From positions 17,298,001 to 17,362,000 of the forward strand of contig OZ024742.1 of the NCBI GenBank assembly GCA_964016885.1: a DNA stretch of 64,000 bases. The letters are read 5' to 3'. Origin of the DNA: Eledone cirrhosa (lineage: Eukaryota). Below the pieces are notes generated by a model, which had not been told where the DNA came from, searched no databases, and saw nothing but the letters and a program-made list of their open reading frames with translations. Positions 27,255 to 38,795 of the stretch are shown piece by piece. The position numbers and the translations under genes are program-made. Each line of letters opens with the position of its first letter. Within the stretch, counting starts at the first letter, position 1.

Positions 27255-28562
27255 ACTCACATCTCACATCTACACCGACATCTCATATCTCACACCTCAC
27301 ATCTCAATTCTACACCTCACATCTCACACCTCACATCTCACATCTACATCTCACACCTCACATCTCACATCTCACATCTACACCTCACATCTCACACCTC
27401 ACATCTCACACCTCACATCTCACATCTCACACCTCACATCTACACCTCACACTTCACATCTCACATCTACACCTCAGATCTCACATCTCACATCTACACC
27501 TCACACCACATCTCACACACCACATCTCACACACCACATCTCACATCTCACACCTCCCATCTCACATCTCACACCTCACATCTCACATCTCACATCTCAC
27601 ATCTCATATCTCACATCCCCCATCTCATATCTCACATCCCCCATCTCACACTTCACACCTCCCATCTACACGCCATATCTCACACCTCCCATTTCACATC
27701 TCACATCTCACACTCCACATCTCACACCTCCCATCTCACATCTCACACCTCACATCTCACATCTCACATCTCACATCTCATATCTCACATCCCCCATCTC
27801 AGACTTCACACCTCCCTCCCATCTACACGCCATATCTCACACCTCCCATTTCACATCTCACATCTCACACATCACATCTCACATCTCACATCTCACACAC
27901 CACATCTCACATCTCACACCTCCCATCTCACATCTCACACCTCACATCTCATATCTCATATCTCACATCCCCCATCTCACACTTCACACCTCCCATCTAC
28001 ACCCAAATGTCACACCTCCCATTTCACATCTCACACATCACATCTCACATCTCACACACCACATCTCACATCTCCCATCTCACATCTCACACCTCACATC
28101 TCACATCTCACACCTCCCATCTCACATCTCACACCTCACACCTCACACCTCACACCTCACATCTCACATTTCACATCTCACACCACATCCCACATCTCAC
28201 ATCTCACACCACATCTCACATCTCATATCTCATATCTCATATCTCACATCCCCCATCTCACACTTCACACCTCCCATCTACACCCACATGTCACACCTCC
28301 CATTTCACATCTCACACATCACATCTCACATCTCACACACCACATCTCACATCTCACACCTCCCATCTCACATCTCACGCCTCACATCTCACATCTCACA
28401 CCTCCCATCTCACATCTCACACCTCACACCTCACATCTCACACCTCACATCTCACATCTCACATCTCACACCACATCCCACATCTCACATCTCACACCAC
28501 ATCTCACATCTCACATCTCACACATCACATTTCACATCTCACACCTACATCTCACATCTACA
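27255..28562. repeat. Degenerate (CACATCT)n satellite
   Basis: 7-mer-based low-complexity array; source of the spurious His/Ser/Thr ORFs. Confidence 0.9.
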
Positions 28563-29197
28563 CCAACCAACTGTTATTCCTTCAACTATTGTTAATCATA
28601 TAAATACAAACATACTTACAGGCACGCACTTAAACCCAAACATACACACACACATACTCAAACATACTTACACACATATTCAAACACACTTACACACGTA
28701 CTCAAACACACTTACACACATACTCAAACACACACACACACGTAGTCAAACTCACACATTGTCAACACAATATGATTTCAGTCATCATGTCTTGATATGC
28801 AAGAAAGAGTAGTTAGAAATGTTTCTTGAACACCCCTACCACCCCCACCCCACAACCATCACCCATTGTCGTAAAAAGAAAGACTCATTAAATAGTGTAG
28901 TCCGCGATACACTGTGTCTGAGTAGATGACATGAACACCTTTCATCATAAGTTTGATTAATCAAGGTTGATATACAGGTAAATATCTATAGCTCAACACT
29001 CGCAACACATCCACCCATACATACGTAGATACAGGTAGATAGAGGTAGATACAGGTAGAATGTGTATGTGAAGGCACATTCACATACACATTCTACCTTT
29101 CTTTCTCTTTGCCGCCCATTCTCATTCATAAATCGATAGATAGCTAGAAAGACGGATAGGCAGACAGGTATATAGATAGATGATAAATAGATAGATA

Positions 29198-30171
29198 GAT
29201 TTCTTTATTTGACACATGTGCGTACAAAAATGGGACATTACAAGACGTGACGGCGGGGGTTTTACATAAAAATAACTTTAACATTGATAAATAACAATAA
29301 ACTATATATAATAAAATAACAATTGAAATCGCCAATAGGGGGAACGTTACTGCAGAGTTGTTTTACAGCCCGTGGATAGAACAACCCTCAACACCTGGAA
29401 CACGTTTTGTAGGTGTTCCCGTCTTCCCTCTGTTTATCTTCCTCAACCTACAGGTTTATATACAGAGAAGGCCCATTCACTCGGGCCATTTTCTCCACAT
29501 TCATCCACCTTTCAGCGAATTTACTGGGGTGTAGCACCTCTCTCTCCACTCTCACCTTCCTTCTGAAGTGGTACTTAAAGAAGGGGATAAGTTGTTGTTC
29601 GGAGAGAAAGGTGTTTGCCCTCAGTCCTTTTAAACTCGTCCACCATATTACCTCTTTCGCCATAGCCACCAGACAGAGAAAAACCGCCTCTCCTTCATTC
29701 TTAAATGAAGGCGGCGGGATGATCCTCACGATGGACTCGGCTGACAACTGGATGCGTCCCACACGTGACAGTAGCTGTTCGACATAATTCCACAGGTCGG
29801 TCACCCCTGGGCACTGAACAATTGCGTACAGAACGGTTTCGATGTCCTGCTCGCATCTTGGACAGGTCCTTTTGGCAGGATCTCTGCCAGGGCGTCCGTG
29901 CCTGTAGATTTTGTCTCGAACTAGTAGAGCTCCTCGGTAGCACTGCCAGGCCAGAGACCTCTGGAAGTTATCCATAGGCCCTGGACGGAAAGTCCTCGCG
30001 AACAGACTTGCCAGTTCGTCCTCCTCGATGCCTACAGTTTCCCCGAGAACGTCGTCGCACTTATCCTCCATTAATCCCCTATAGAATGTCGAAGTGGAGT
30101 CTTTGCTGATTGCCGTTTCCGCTTGGTATAGGGCTGTGAGCGCCTTTCGGCACTCGAGGTGCCAGGCACCC
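29198..30171 (-). mobile_element. 5'-truncated Tx1-clade LINE (T2) in (GATA)n
   Basis: ORF2 C-terminus (AWQCYRGAL, CPRC..QC) to the stop at 29448. 3' end AAATAAAGAAATC+TATC. GATA repeats on both sides. Confidence 0.9.
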
Positions 30172-30173
30172 AT

Positions 30174-30205
<32 letters not shown>

Positions 30206-30237
30206 GATAGACAGGCTGGCAGGTAGGTAGATAGATA

Positions 30238-30402
30238 CATTTCTTTATTAGCCACAAGGGCACAAAAGAAGGGGACAAATACAAATGGGGAGTTTACATA
30301 CAGGTATATGAAAATATAACTATTAATAAAATAACAAATAACAATTGATATCCCCTATAGGGGGGACGTGTTACAGAGGGGTTGTACACACCCCGAAAAA
30401 AT
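30238..30402 (-). mobile_element. Tx1-clade LINE 3'-UTR-only insertion (T3) in (GATA)n
   Basis: CCCTTGTGGCTAATAAAGAAATG terminus homologous to the T1/T5/T6 3' UTRs; flanked by GATA repeats. Confidence 0.75.
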
Positions 30403-30418
30403 GTAGATAGATAGATAA

Positions 30419-30455
<37 letters not shown>

Positions 30456-30656
30456 CAGGTAGATAGATAGATAGTAAGGCAGGCAGGTGGGTAGGTAGGT
30501 AGGGTAGGTAGGTAGGTAGGTAGGTAGGTAGGTAGGTAGGTAGGTAGGTAGGTAGGTAGGTAGGTAGGTAGGTAGGTAGGTAGGTAGGTAGGTAGGTAGG
30601 TAGGTAGGTAGGTAGGTAAGTAGGTACGTGGATAGGCAGGTAGGTGGATAGCTAGC

Positions 30657-30703
<47 letters not shown>

Positions 30704-30730
30704 ATAGAGGGGGAGAGAGAGAGAGAGAGG

Positions 30731-30777
<47 letters not shown>

Positions 30778-30925
30778 GCGTGGTCAAGCACAAAAACACT
30801 CACGCAACAGGCCAAAAATATACTTTAAATATATACATACAAAACCTCGCGCACACACGCACAACTTACGTACATATACACACACATTCATTGATACATA
30901 CATACAAGAGCACGTACACACACAC

Positions 30926-30971
<46 letters not shown>

Positions 30972-31029
30972 ATATATATATATATATACATGTGTGTATA
31001 TATATATATACATGTGTATATATATATAC

Positions 31030-31079
<50 letters not shown>

Positions 31080-31111
31080 ATGTGTTTATATATATATATA
31101 ATTATATATAT

Positions 31112-31213
<102 letters not shown>

Positions 31214-31216
31214 GTA

Positions 31217-31248
<32 letters not shown>

Positions 31249-31572
31249 CATATGTATGTGTGTGTATATATATATATATATATATTAGAAAATGAGGTAT
31301 TTTTACAAATTGAAAATAAACGAGATGTCCTAGACGTGTGAAAGTGTAAGGAAAAAAGAGGATATCGAAAATGCAACTGGAGACTTTTTAAAAATATTTA
31401 TTTGTTTCCTTTACCGGTTTCACAGTTCTTATGCTTTTCAAAAGTAGAATTGAGATGGAGGGTTTGTGGTTTATATGTATTGTATATATTTTCAAGTGCG
31501 GTGCCCCAGCCTGGCCTAAGCCGGATTGCTGGAACAGGTAAAATAGTAAAAGGGTATATATATGTATGTATA

Positions 31573-31629
<57 letters not shown>

Positions 31630-31668
31630 GATATTAATAAATGGAAACTATATTTATAAAACCATATC

Positions 31669-31733
31669 TATTTCATTATACATATTTCAGGGATACCAAA
31701 TTAAATTATGGTATGCCTTCATCAGACAAAATA
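31669..31733 (-). ncRNA. Type I hammerhead ribozyme (inverted twin)
   Basis: Minus-strand copy of the above, with fully paired stem I TATTTTGT/ATGAAATA (two G-U). Confidence 0.75.
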
Positions 31734-31775
31734 CAATATATAACAGTTTTATATTGTATATATTGTTATATATTG

Positions 31776-31840
31776 TATTGTGTCTGATGAAGGCATACCA
31801 TAATTTAATTTGGTATCCCTGAAATATGTATAATGAAATA
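31776..31840 (+). ncRNA. Type I hammerhead ribozyme
   Basis: TATTGTGT-CTGATGA-AGGCATACCA..TGGTATCCCT-GAAA-TATGTA-TA^ATGAAATA. Confidence 0.75.
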
Positions 31841-31970
31841 GATATGGTTTTATAAATATAGTTTCCATTTATTAATATCGTCTATCTACTCCAAATACTT
31901 GTCGAGTGCTTTATATCAGTTATAAATATATTTACTTGTTGTATCCCAACAATTTTAAATAGAACTTTTG

Positions 31971-32008
<38 letters not shown>

Positions 32009-32019
32009 TAACAGATTAA

Positions 32020-32070
32020 AGTTTAAGCAAAGAATCGCTGCTTTCACCCTTAACGGGATCTTCTGAAACT
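32020..32070 (-). ncRNA. Degenerate hammerhead ribozyme
   Basis: AGTTT-CAGAAGA-TCCC GTTAA GGGT-GAAA-GCA...TGC-TT^AAACT. A related hairpin copy at ~55095-55195 shows CTGAAGA on the minus strand. Confidence 0.6.
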
Positions 32071-32181
32071 AACTTTAATCTGTTATTTTAATAAATAGTT
32101 TCTCTACGGTTCTTATATATTTGATATATATGTATCCTTATCCTGCCCTCTTTGGATTTTAGTCTTCAAATTTATTATTAT

Positions 32182-32227
<46 letters not shown>

Positions 32228-32254
32228 ATATATATATATGTATATATATACATG

Positions 32255-32349
<95 letters not shown>

Positions 32350-32451
32350 AATAGGAAAAAGTCTGACCCCAATTTTACCCACTCTACTACCCTAAGTATT
32401 GAGTACTCTGGTGCGTTATGGTCCCTCTGGTTCCTTACCACAATTCCTTCG

Positions 32452-32492
<41 letters not shown>

Positions 32493-32696
32493 CATACATA
32501 CACGATTTCGTGTATACGCACAGAGGAACACAGATACATACATACATACACATACACACACACAAACACTACTTAACGTACCCACATACAAGGACACCCA
32601 CATAACAAACACACATACATACATACACAAAATCTCACACGTAGTTAGTTAGATGCGCTCACGTTTACACATTCACACACTAACACACACACACAC

Positions 32697-32787
<91 letters not shown>

Positions 32788-33011
32788 AAAAGACGCACTC
32801 TCACGCAATCTGAAACGCACACCTAATTTTCTGATGTGTGGTGGGTTTAATACAAATATAACTCCAGATAGAGCTCTATTCTCATTGGACGGTTATCAAC
32901 AAAAGCTTCGTTTTCATTAGTCAATTCTTGTCACCCCTCCCCACCAACATGACCACGTGGTTCTGGCAAATACCACTTTGATGTTGTGTAGTCCTAGGCA
33001 TAATACTGTGT

Positions 33012-33047
<36 letters not shown>

Positions 33048-34504
33048 GTGTGTGTGTCTATGTGAGAGTGTGTGTGTCTATGTGAGTGTGTGTGTGTGTG
33101 TGTGTGAATGAGTGTCTGTATGAGTGAGTGCGTGTGTGTGTGTGTGTGTGTGCGTGTAAGTAAGTGTGTGTATAAGTGAGTGTGTGTGTCTGTATGAGTG
33201 AGTGCGTGTGTGTGTGTGTGTGTATGTAAGTGTGTGTGTGTAAGTGTGTGTGTGTATGAGTGAGTGTATATGTGTTTGAATGTGAGTAGTTGTGGTTGTG
33301 GAAGTTGGATTATATGTGCGTGTGTAAGTGTGTGTTTGTGAGTGTGCGTGGGTGCACGTGTATGTGTGTATGTGTGTGTGTGTGTATGTGTGTGAATATG
33401 CATGTCTATGTGTGTGTGCGAATGTGCATGTGTGTGTATGTGTGTGTGTGTGAATATGCATTTGTCTGTGTCTATGTGTATGTGCGTTTGTGTATATGTG
33501 TTAGTGAATATACACTGTAATTTCTCAGTGTATTTCTGTTTATGTGCGAATGTTGTTTGTGTGCGTGTGTATGTGTGTGTGCGTGTGTGTATGTCTGTGC
33601 GTGTATATATGTGTTAGTGAAATATCTCAGTATATTTCTGTTTATGTGCTAATGTGTGTGTATGTGTGTGTGTATATGTGTGTGTGTGTGTTTGTGTATA
33701 TATGTGTTAGTGAATATACACAGTGTAATTTCTGTTTCTGTGCTAATGTTGTGTGTGGGTGGCTGTGCGATGTAGGGCTGCAATTTGTGCGGTGGCGTAA
33801 TGTCAGTTTGCTGTGTATGGCCGAGGGCGTTGTTTTACAAGTTATTAGTGTTATATATGTTGTTGTTGTTGTGGTTCTGTGTGTGTTTGAGAGGGGTGGG
33901 TGGGGAGAGAGGGGGGGGGGGAGTGCGTGAGATAGAGAGAGGGAGAGAGGGGGAGAGAGTGAGTGAGAGAGAGAGAATGAGAGAGAGTGAGGGAGGGGGG
34001 AGGGAGAGAGAGAGTGAGAGAGTGAGAGATAGAATGAGAGAGAGAGTGTGAGTGAGTGAGAGAGAGAGAGAATGAGAGAGAGTGTGTGAGTGAGTGAGAG
34101 AGAGAGCGCGGTCTGAGAGAGAGAGCGCGAGAGAGAGCAGGGGGGTATGTCTATAAGGCTGGGGGTAATATGTACGAGGGTTGTCGTATGGCTGTTCATA
34201 TGTTTGGCAAGATTTAAATAGCAGAATGTGGGTGGAATGAAAAATGTGTCAATTTTATTCATTTATTGGTTTCAATCATTAAACTACGGCCATGCCACGG
34301 CTCCATCTTGAAAGTTTCTTGATATTACCGACATCAGTAGTTAGTTTTTGAAGTCTGGAAGTTATTTTATCGATTTCTTTTCAACAAACCGCTATGTTGC
34401 AAGACATAAAAAACATATACGCTCCCTTCAATTTATATGTACACACACACACACACTCACACACACACACGCACACACACGCACACACGCACACACGCAC
34501 ACAC

Positions 34505-34581
<77 letters not shown>

Positions 34582-34583
34582 CA

Positions 34584-34792
34584 GGCAAGTTCAGCCACCC
34601 CCACCCCCACCTCCAACTGCCATGACAGATTTAATTGTGTTGACAAAAAATTTTACCAATCCTCTTGACAACTACAATCTTCCCATATAAGGAATTTCCG
34701 TTTGAAAAGTTCGGCTATTTATTACCACGCTAAAAATTCTAATTCAGTCCAGAAATAGCCATCGAAACGGCTTGAGCTCTACCGTCGGGGTT
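34584..34792 (+). mobile_element. pLTR-like family C copy with degenerate hammerhead
   Basis: Homologous to 57800-58010 (CGAAACGG..GAGCTCT.CCGTC^GGGG). 3' tails of the family also lie at 1-30, ~32380-32455 and ~57400-57485. Confidence 0.6.
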
Positions 34793-34839
34793 AACATTTT
34801 CCTATATATATATATTCTTTCTAGGGTGGGTAAAATTCC

Positions 34840-35042
34840 CGAGATCCATGGACGAATTCTCTCCAGCGGTCTCTGTCCCTCATTATCGCTGCCATGTCCT
34901 GCGTCTCCAACAGACCAGTGTCTGTCCTTAGGGCATCAACATACGTTAACCTTGGTCTTTTGGTCTTCCTCTTCTAGTGTGTCCATGTAGGGGCTCCCGC
35001 AGGAGCACTGAGAGCAATGTCAACTCTGGATGTCGGTGAGCA
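34840..35042 (-). mobile_element. RTE/RTE-X LINE 3' fragment
   Basis: HRHPELTLLSVLLREPLHGHTRRGRP...TYVDAL..DTGL...IMRDRDRWR-like C-terminal motif. Confidence 0.65.
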
Positions 35043-35133
<91 letters not shown>

Positions 35134-35388
35134 GGGAAAAATGAAATTTCATTTCTCACTCTTAGTACGGTTGATACTTAAATGTAAGTATTTATACGTA
35201 CATACATTTATGTATACAGACGTACAGCAGTATGTATATACATACATACATGCACACATATATATATGTACGTATGGGTTTACGGACATTTATTATAATG
35301 TTCGGCTTGTTTGTAAACAAACAGCCCGAATTAAGCCGTACAGTATTCGGCAACCATCGTTGCCATTTTGTTCAACACTGACAAACGA

Positions 35389-35431
35389 ACGATGAACTAG
35401 TTTCGAGCTTCTTAGCTGTCATCAGCACCGT
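35389..35431 (-). ncRNA. Minimal type I hammerhead ribozyme
   Basis: ACGGTG-CTGATGA-C AGCT AAGA AGCT C-GAAA-CTAG-TT^CATCGT. Confidence 0.8.
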
Positions 35432-35551
35432 ATACCTTTCTGTCAGATTATTGAACGTTTGAAAGTATATACTTTCCTTATGCAAATTAACGGCTGAGCA
35501 GACTAATTTGCATATCGAGTGAGTATGTGTGACTATATCTCTAGATAGATA

Positions 35552-36920
35552 ACTTTCTTTTTATTTGCCACCAGGGCGTCAAAAGGGGGACGAGTACAAA
35601 GGGGGGAGTTTACATGCAAAGGCGTCCTCAATATGGAGGAGGCAATAACAAGATATAAAATTATGAAAATAAAATAAAATATAACAAAATAAATTTTGTA
35701 ACAAAATCCTCAATGGGGAGGAGGCGACTTGGGGGGTCGCACACGCCCCCGAAAAAAAGTGTGCAACCCTTCTCCTCAGGAGCACAGAGAGGGGATGTTC
35801 CCTTGGTCTTTCATCTTCCTCACCTATAGTCTGATGTAGAGTGAAGGCCCATTCACACGGGCCATTCTCGCCACTTTCACCCATCTTTCATAAAAACGGC
35901 TGGGGTGCAGCACTTCTCTCTCCATCCTGATCCTTCTTCCGAAATGATATCGGAAGAAACGGACCAGTTGTTGGCCAGAGAGAAAGGTGTCTGACCTCAG
36001 TCCTTTCAGACGCGTCTACCATACAACCTCTTTCGCCATGGCTATTACGCACAGAAACACCACCTCTCCTTCGTTTTTGAAAAGGGGATGCGGTTTGATC
36101 GTTACAATAGACTCGGTGGTCAACCGGATCGGTCCCACCCTTGACAGCAGTTGTTCGACATAGCCCCACAGATCGGCAATGCCCGAGCAGTGTACCAATG
36201 CGTGTGCAACGGTTTCCTCGTCGCACACGCATCTGGGACAGATCTTTTTCGAGGGGTCCCTACCCGGGCGCCCGTGTCTGTAGAGCCTTTCTCGAACGGG
36301 CAGAGCCCCTCGGTAGCACTGCCAGGCCAGTGACCTCTGGAAGTTATCCATGGGTCCCGGGCTGAATGTCCTACCGAACAGGTTGGCCAGTTCGTCTTCC
36401 TCCATTACTAGGGATTCTCCGAGGGCGTCGTCGCACCCGCTAACCACCAGCCCTCTATAGAATGACGAGGTGGATTCTCCACTGACAGCCGGGTCCGCCT
36501 GCCAGAGAGCCGTGAACGCCTGGGCACACTCGGTGTGCCAGGCGCCCAGTTTTCTCGGTCTTTGCTTGACCCAAGATTGCAGCTCGGTGAGTGAGACGAG
36601 TCTGGGAAAGGCTCGCCTCACAAACGGGGCCCACACCGGTTGACCGGTGAGGAATACCTGGAGGTGTTGTAGCCTTAATGCGTGTTTACGTATCATTAGC
36701 CACGGCATCCCCAGCTTTCCTTTCGAAGGGTGTTGACAGCAGATGGATCTCCTCACCATAGGAGCCCGTGCCTGTAGATCTTGTCTCGAACAGGTAGAAC
36801 TCCTCGGTAGCACTGCCAGGACAGGGACCTCTGGAATTTATCCATAGGGCCCGGGCAGAAAGTCCTACCAAACAGACTAGTGAGCTCGTCGTCTTCGACA
36901 CCCAGAGTCTCCCCGGGCAC
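35552..36920 (-). mobile_element. 5'-truncated, chimeric Tx1-clade LINE (T4) in GATA/GGTA repeats
   Basis: ORF2 C-terminus 35820-36765 is T1-like; 36765-36920 repeats an internal ORF2 segment resembling T2. AGATAGAT on the left, (GATA)/(GGTA)n on the right. Confidence 0.85.
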
Positions 36921-37329
36921 GTGTATATGTATTGAGATAGATAGATAGGTAGGCAGATAGATAGGTAGGTAGGTAGGTAGGTAGGTAGGTCGGTAGGTAG
37001 GTAGGTAGGTAGGTAGGTAGGTAGGTAGGTAGGTAGGTAGGTAGGTAGGTAGGTAGGTAATGTGTGGCTGTAGATTACATTAGTTTGATTTCCTATTTCA
37101 TGTTGTTCCACATATACCTACACTATTGGTGATAACACGGCATACATTTCTGTGCTAGATGTACAATGCCATGTGTATTTACACTACAAGTTCATAATCT
37201 TCTCTAAAGATTTCTACATCCAAGATGTACCACAAACTGGAGGAATAAAAGGCGATGAAACATCCGTACCGATGTATCAATAAATAATAATAATAAAAAT
37301 ATCTTTCGTTTTCTTAAAACTTGAATTAA

Positions 37330-37365
<36 letters not shown>

Positions 37366-37426
37366 CTGTGTGTGTGTGTGTGTGTGTGCGTGTGTGTGTG
37401 TGTGTGTGTGTATGTGTGTATATATG

Positions 37427-37459
<33 letters not shown>

Positions 37460-37937
37460 ATACATGTGAATTAATTGTGAAAGAAAAATGCAAATAATAC
37501 ATAGAGTTTGCCCTATCACTGCATTACCACTGGTTTCAAAACGAAGACACATCCAGCTCTTCAGATGCCCGGGAGAAAAATAAAAAAAGATGTACAATGC
37601 ACCTTAGGGATATATTTTTCACTGATTCAATTGGTTGGGTGTGTTCACCTGGTAATGTTGGTAAATTACCGACATAGAATGAAACAGCCAACGGCGAACA
37701 AATACCGACTCAGTTGCTCCATTAATTTGGAGTATTTTCCGACATCAGAAGAGATCGACATATTCCCCACGTGGTATTACGAAATGTTATGCAGAAATAA
37801 GTCAAGCTGTTAAATATAAATGTACTTAGAGAGAGGTGGGGGTGGAGCTATGTATGTATATGAATGTATGCTTGCATGTATGTATATGTACAACAACATA
37901 CACACACACTCATAAATATATATATATATATTATTGT

Positions 37938-37967
<30 letters not shown>

Positions 37968-37970
<3 letters not shown>

Positions 37971-38145
37971 TGTTTCTACTTTAGGCACAAGGCCAGCAAT
38001 TACCCAGTACATAACTTGTACTTTATTTTATCTATCCCGTAAGGATGAAAGGCAAAGTTAACCTCGGCGGAATTTGAACTTAGACCGCAAAGGGACGTAA
38101 CTATGCTGGAAAGCATGGCGTCCGACTCTCTACCGATACTGTAAA
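37968..38145 (-). mobile_element. SINE family D copy with (ATT)n tail
   Basis: Same body as 25512-25705. The (AAT)n at ~37940-37970 is its tail on the opposite strand. Confidence 0.7.
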
Positions 38146-38194
38146 TCAACCGCACAAGGCCAGTAATTAACCAGTGCATTACTGGTACTTTAAC

Positions 38195-38449
38195 GATTTG
38201 GAACTGCCATGAAATCATAGTCGTCCCGATTGTCATAGGTGCACTAGCTACTATCTCAAAGAGTTTCCAATGATGGTTAAAAAAGATTAGTCCAGCCCAG
38301 CTTTTTGGAACACTTCAAAAGGCAAGCTTGCTGGGAACAGCAAGAATCCTCCGATACGTCCTGAATATCTGAGGCTGCAGGTAGCGGCTTAATATTCATT
38401 TCAACAAACTTTCCAGTTAAATAACATCAATGACTGAGACTCAAAGAAC
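38195..38449 (+). mobile_element. R4/Dong-type LINE family B, short 3' fragment with (AAT)n tail
   Basis: Closely matches 48718-48971 (GATTTGGAACTGCCATGAA...GACTGAGACTCAA). Followed by (AAT)n at 38450-38533. Confidence 0.85.
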
Positions 38450-38535
<86 letters not shown>

Positions 38536-38795
38536 TTTCTTTATTAACCACAAGGGTTTACATAAAGTAGACATTAAGGACAGTGCAGGACAATGCAGGA
38601 CGGTACAAATGGGCATTTCTGCGTGTAAAAAAACAAAAACAGAGGATGTAACAAAAATAACAATGAAAATAACAATGAAAAATTCCCCAATAGGGGGGAG
38701 ACTTCGGAGGGACATTTGTGGAGAAAGCCCAGTAAAAAGCCACAATGACCCTGACCACCAAGGCAAGTGCCCTCTCCCAGTTTTCCACCTTTAGT

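Larger units (their letters stand above)
31629..31975 (+). mobile_element. pLTR-like element with 117-bp inverted duplication, between (TA)n
   Basis: 31629-31745 is the reverse complement of 31764-31880; each arm carries a hammerhead. Confidence 0.75.

Noticed and set aside
26995-28812. 605-aa His/Ser/Thr-rich ORF as a real gene
   Set aside because: It is a translation of the (CACATCT)n satellite, and an overlapping frame is equally open.
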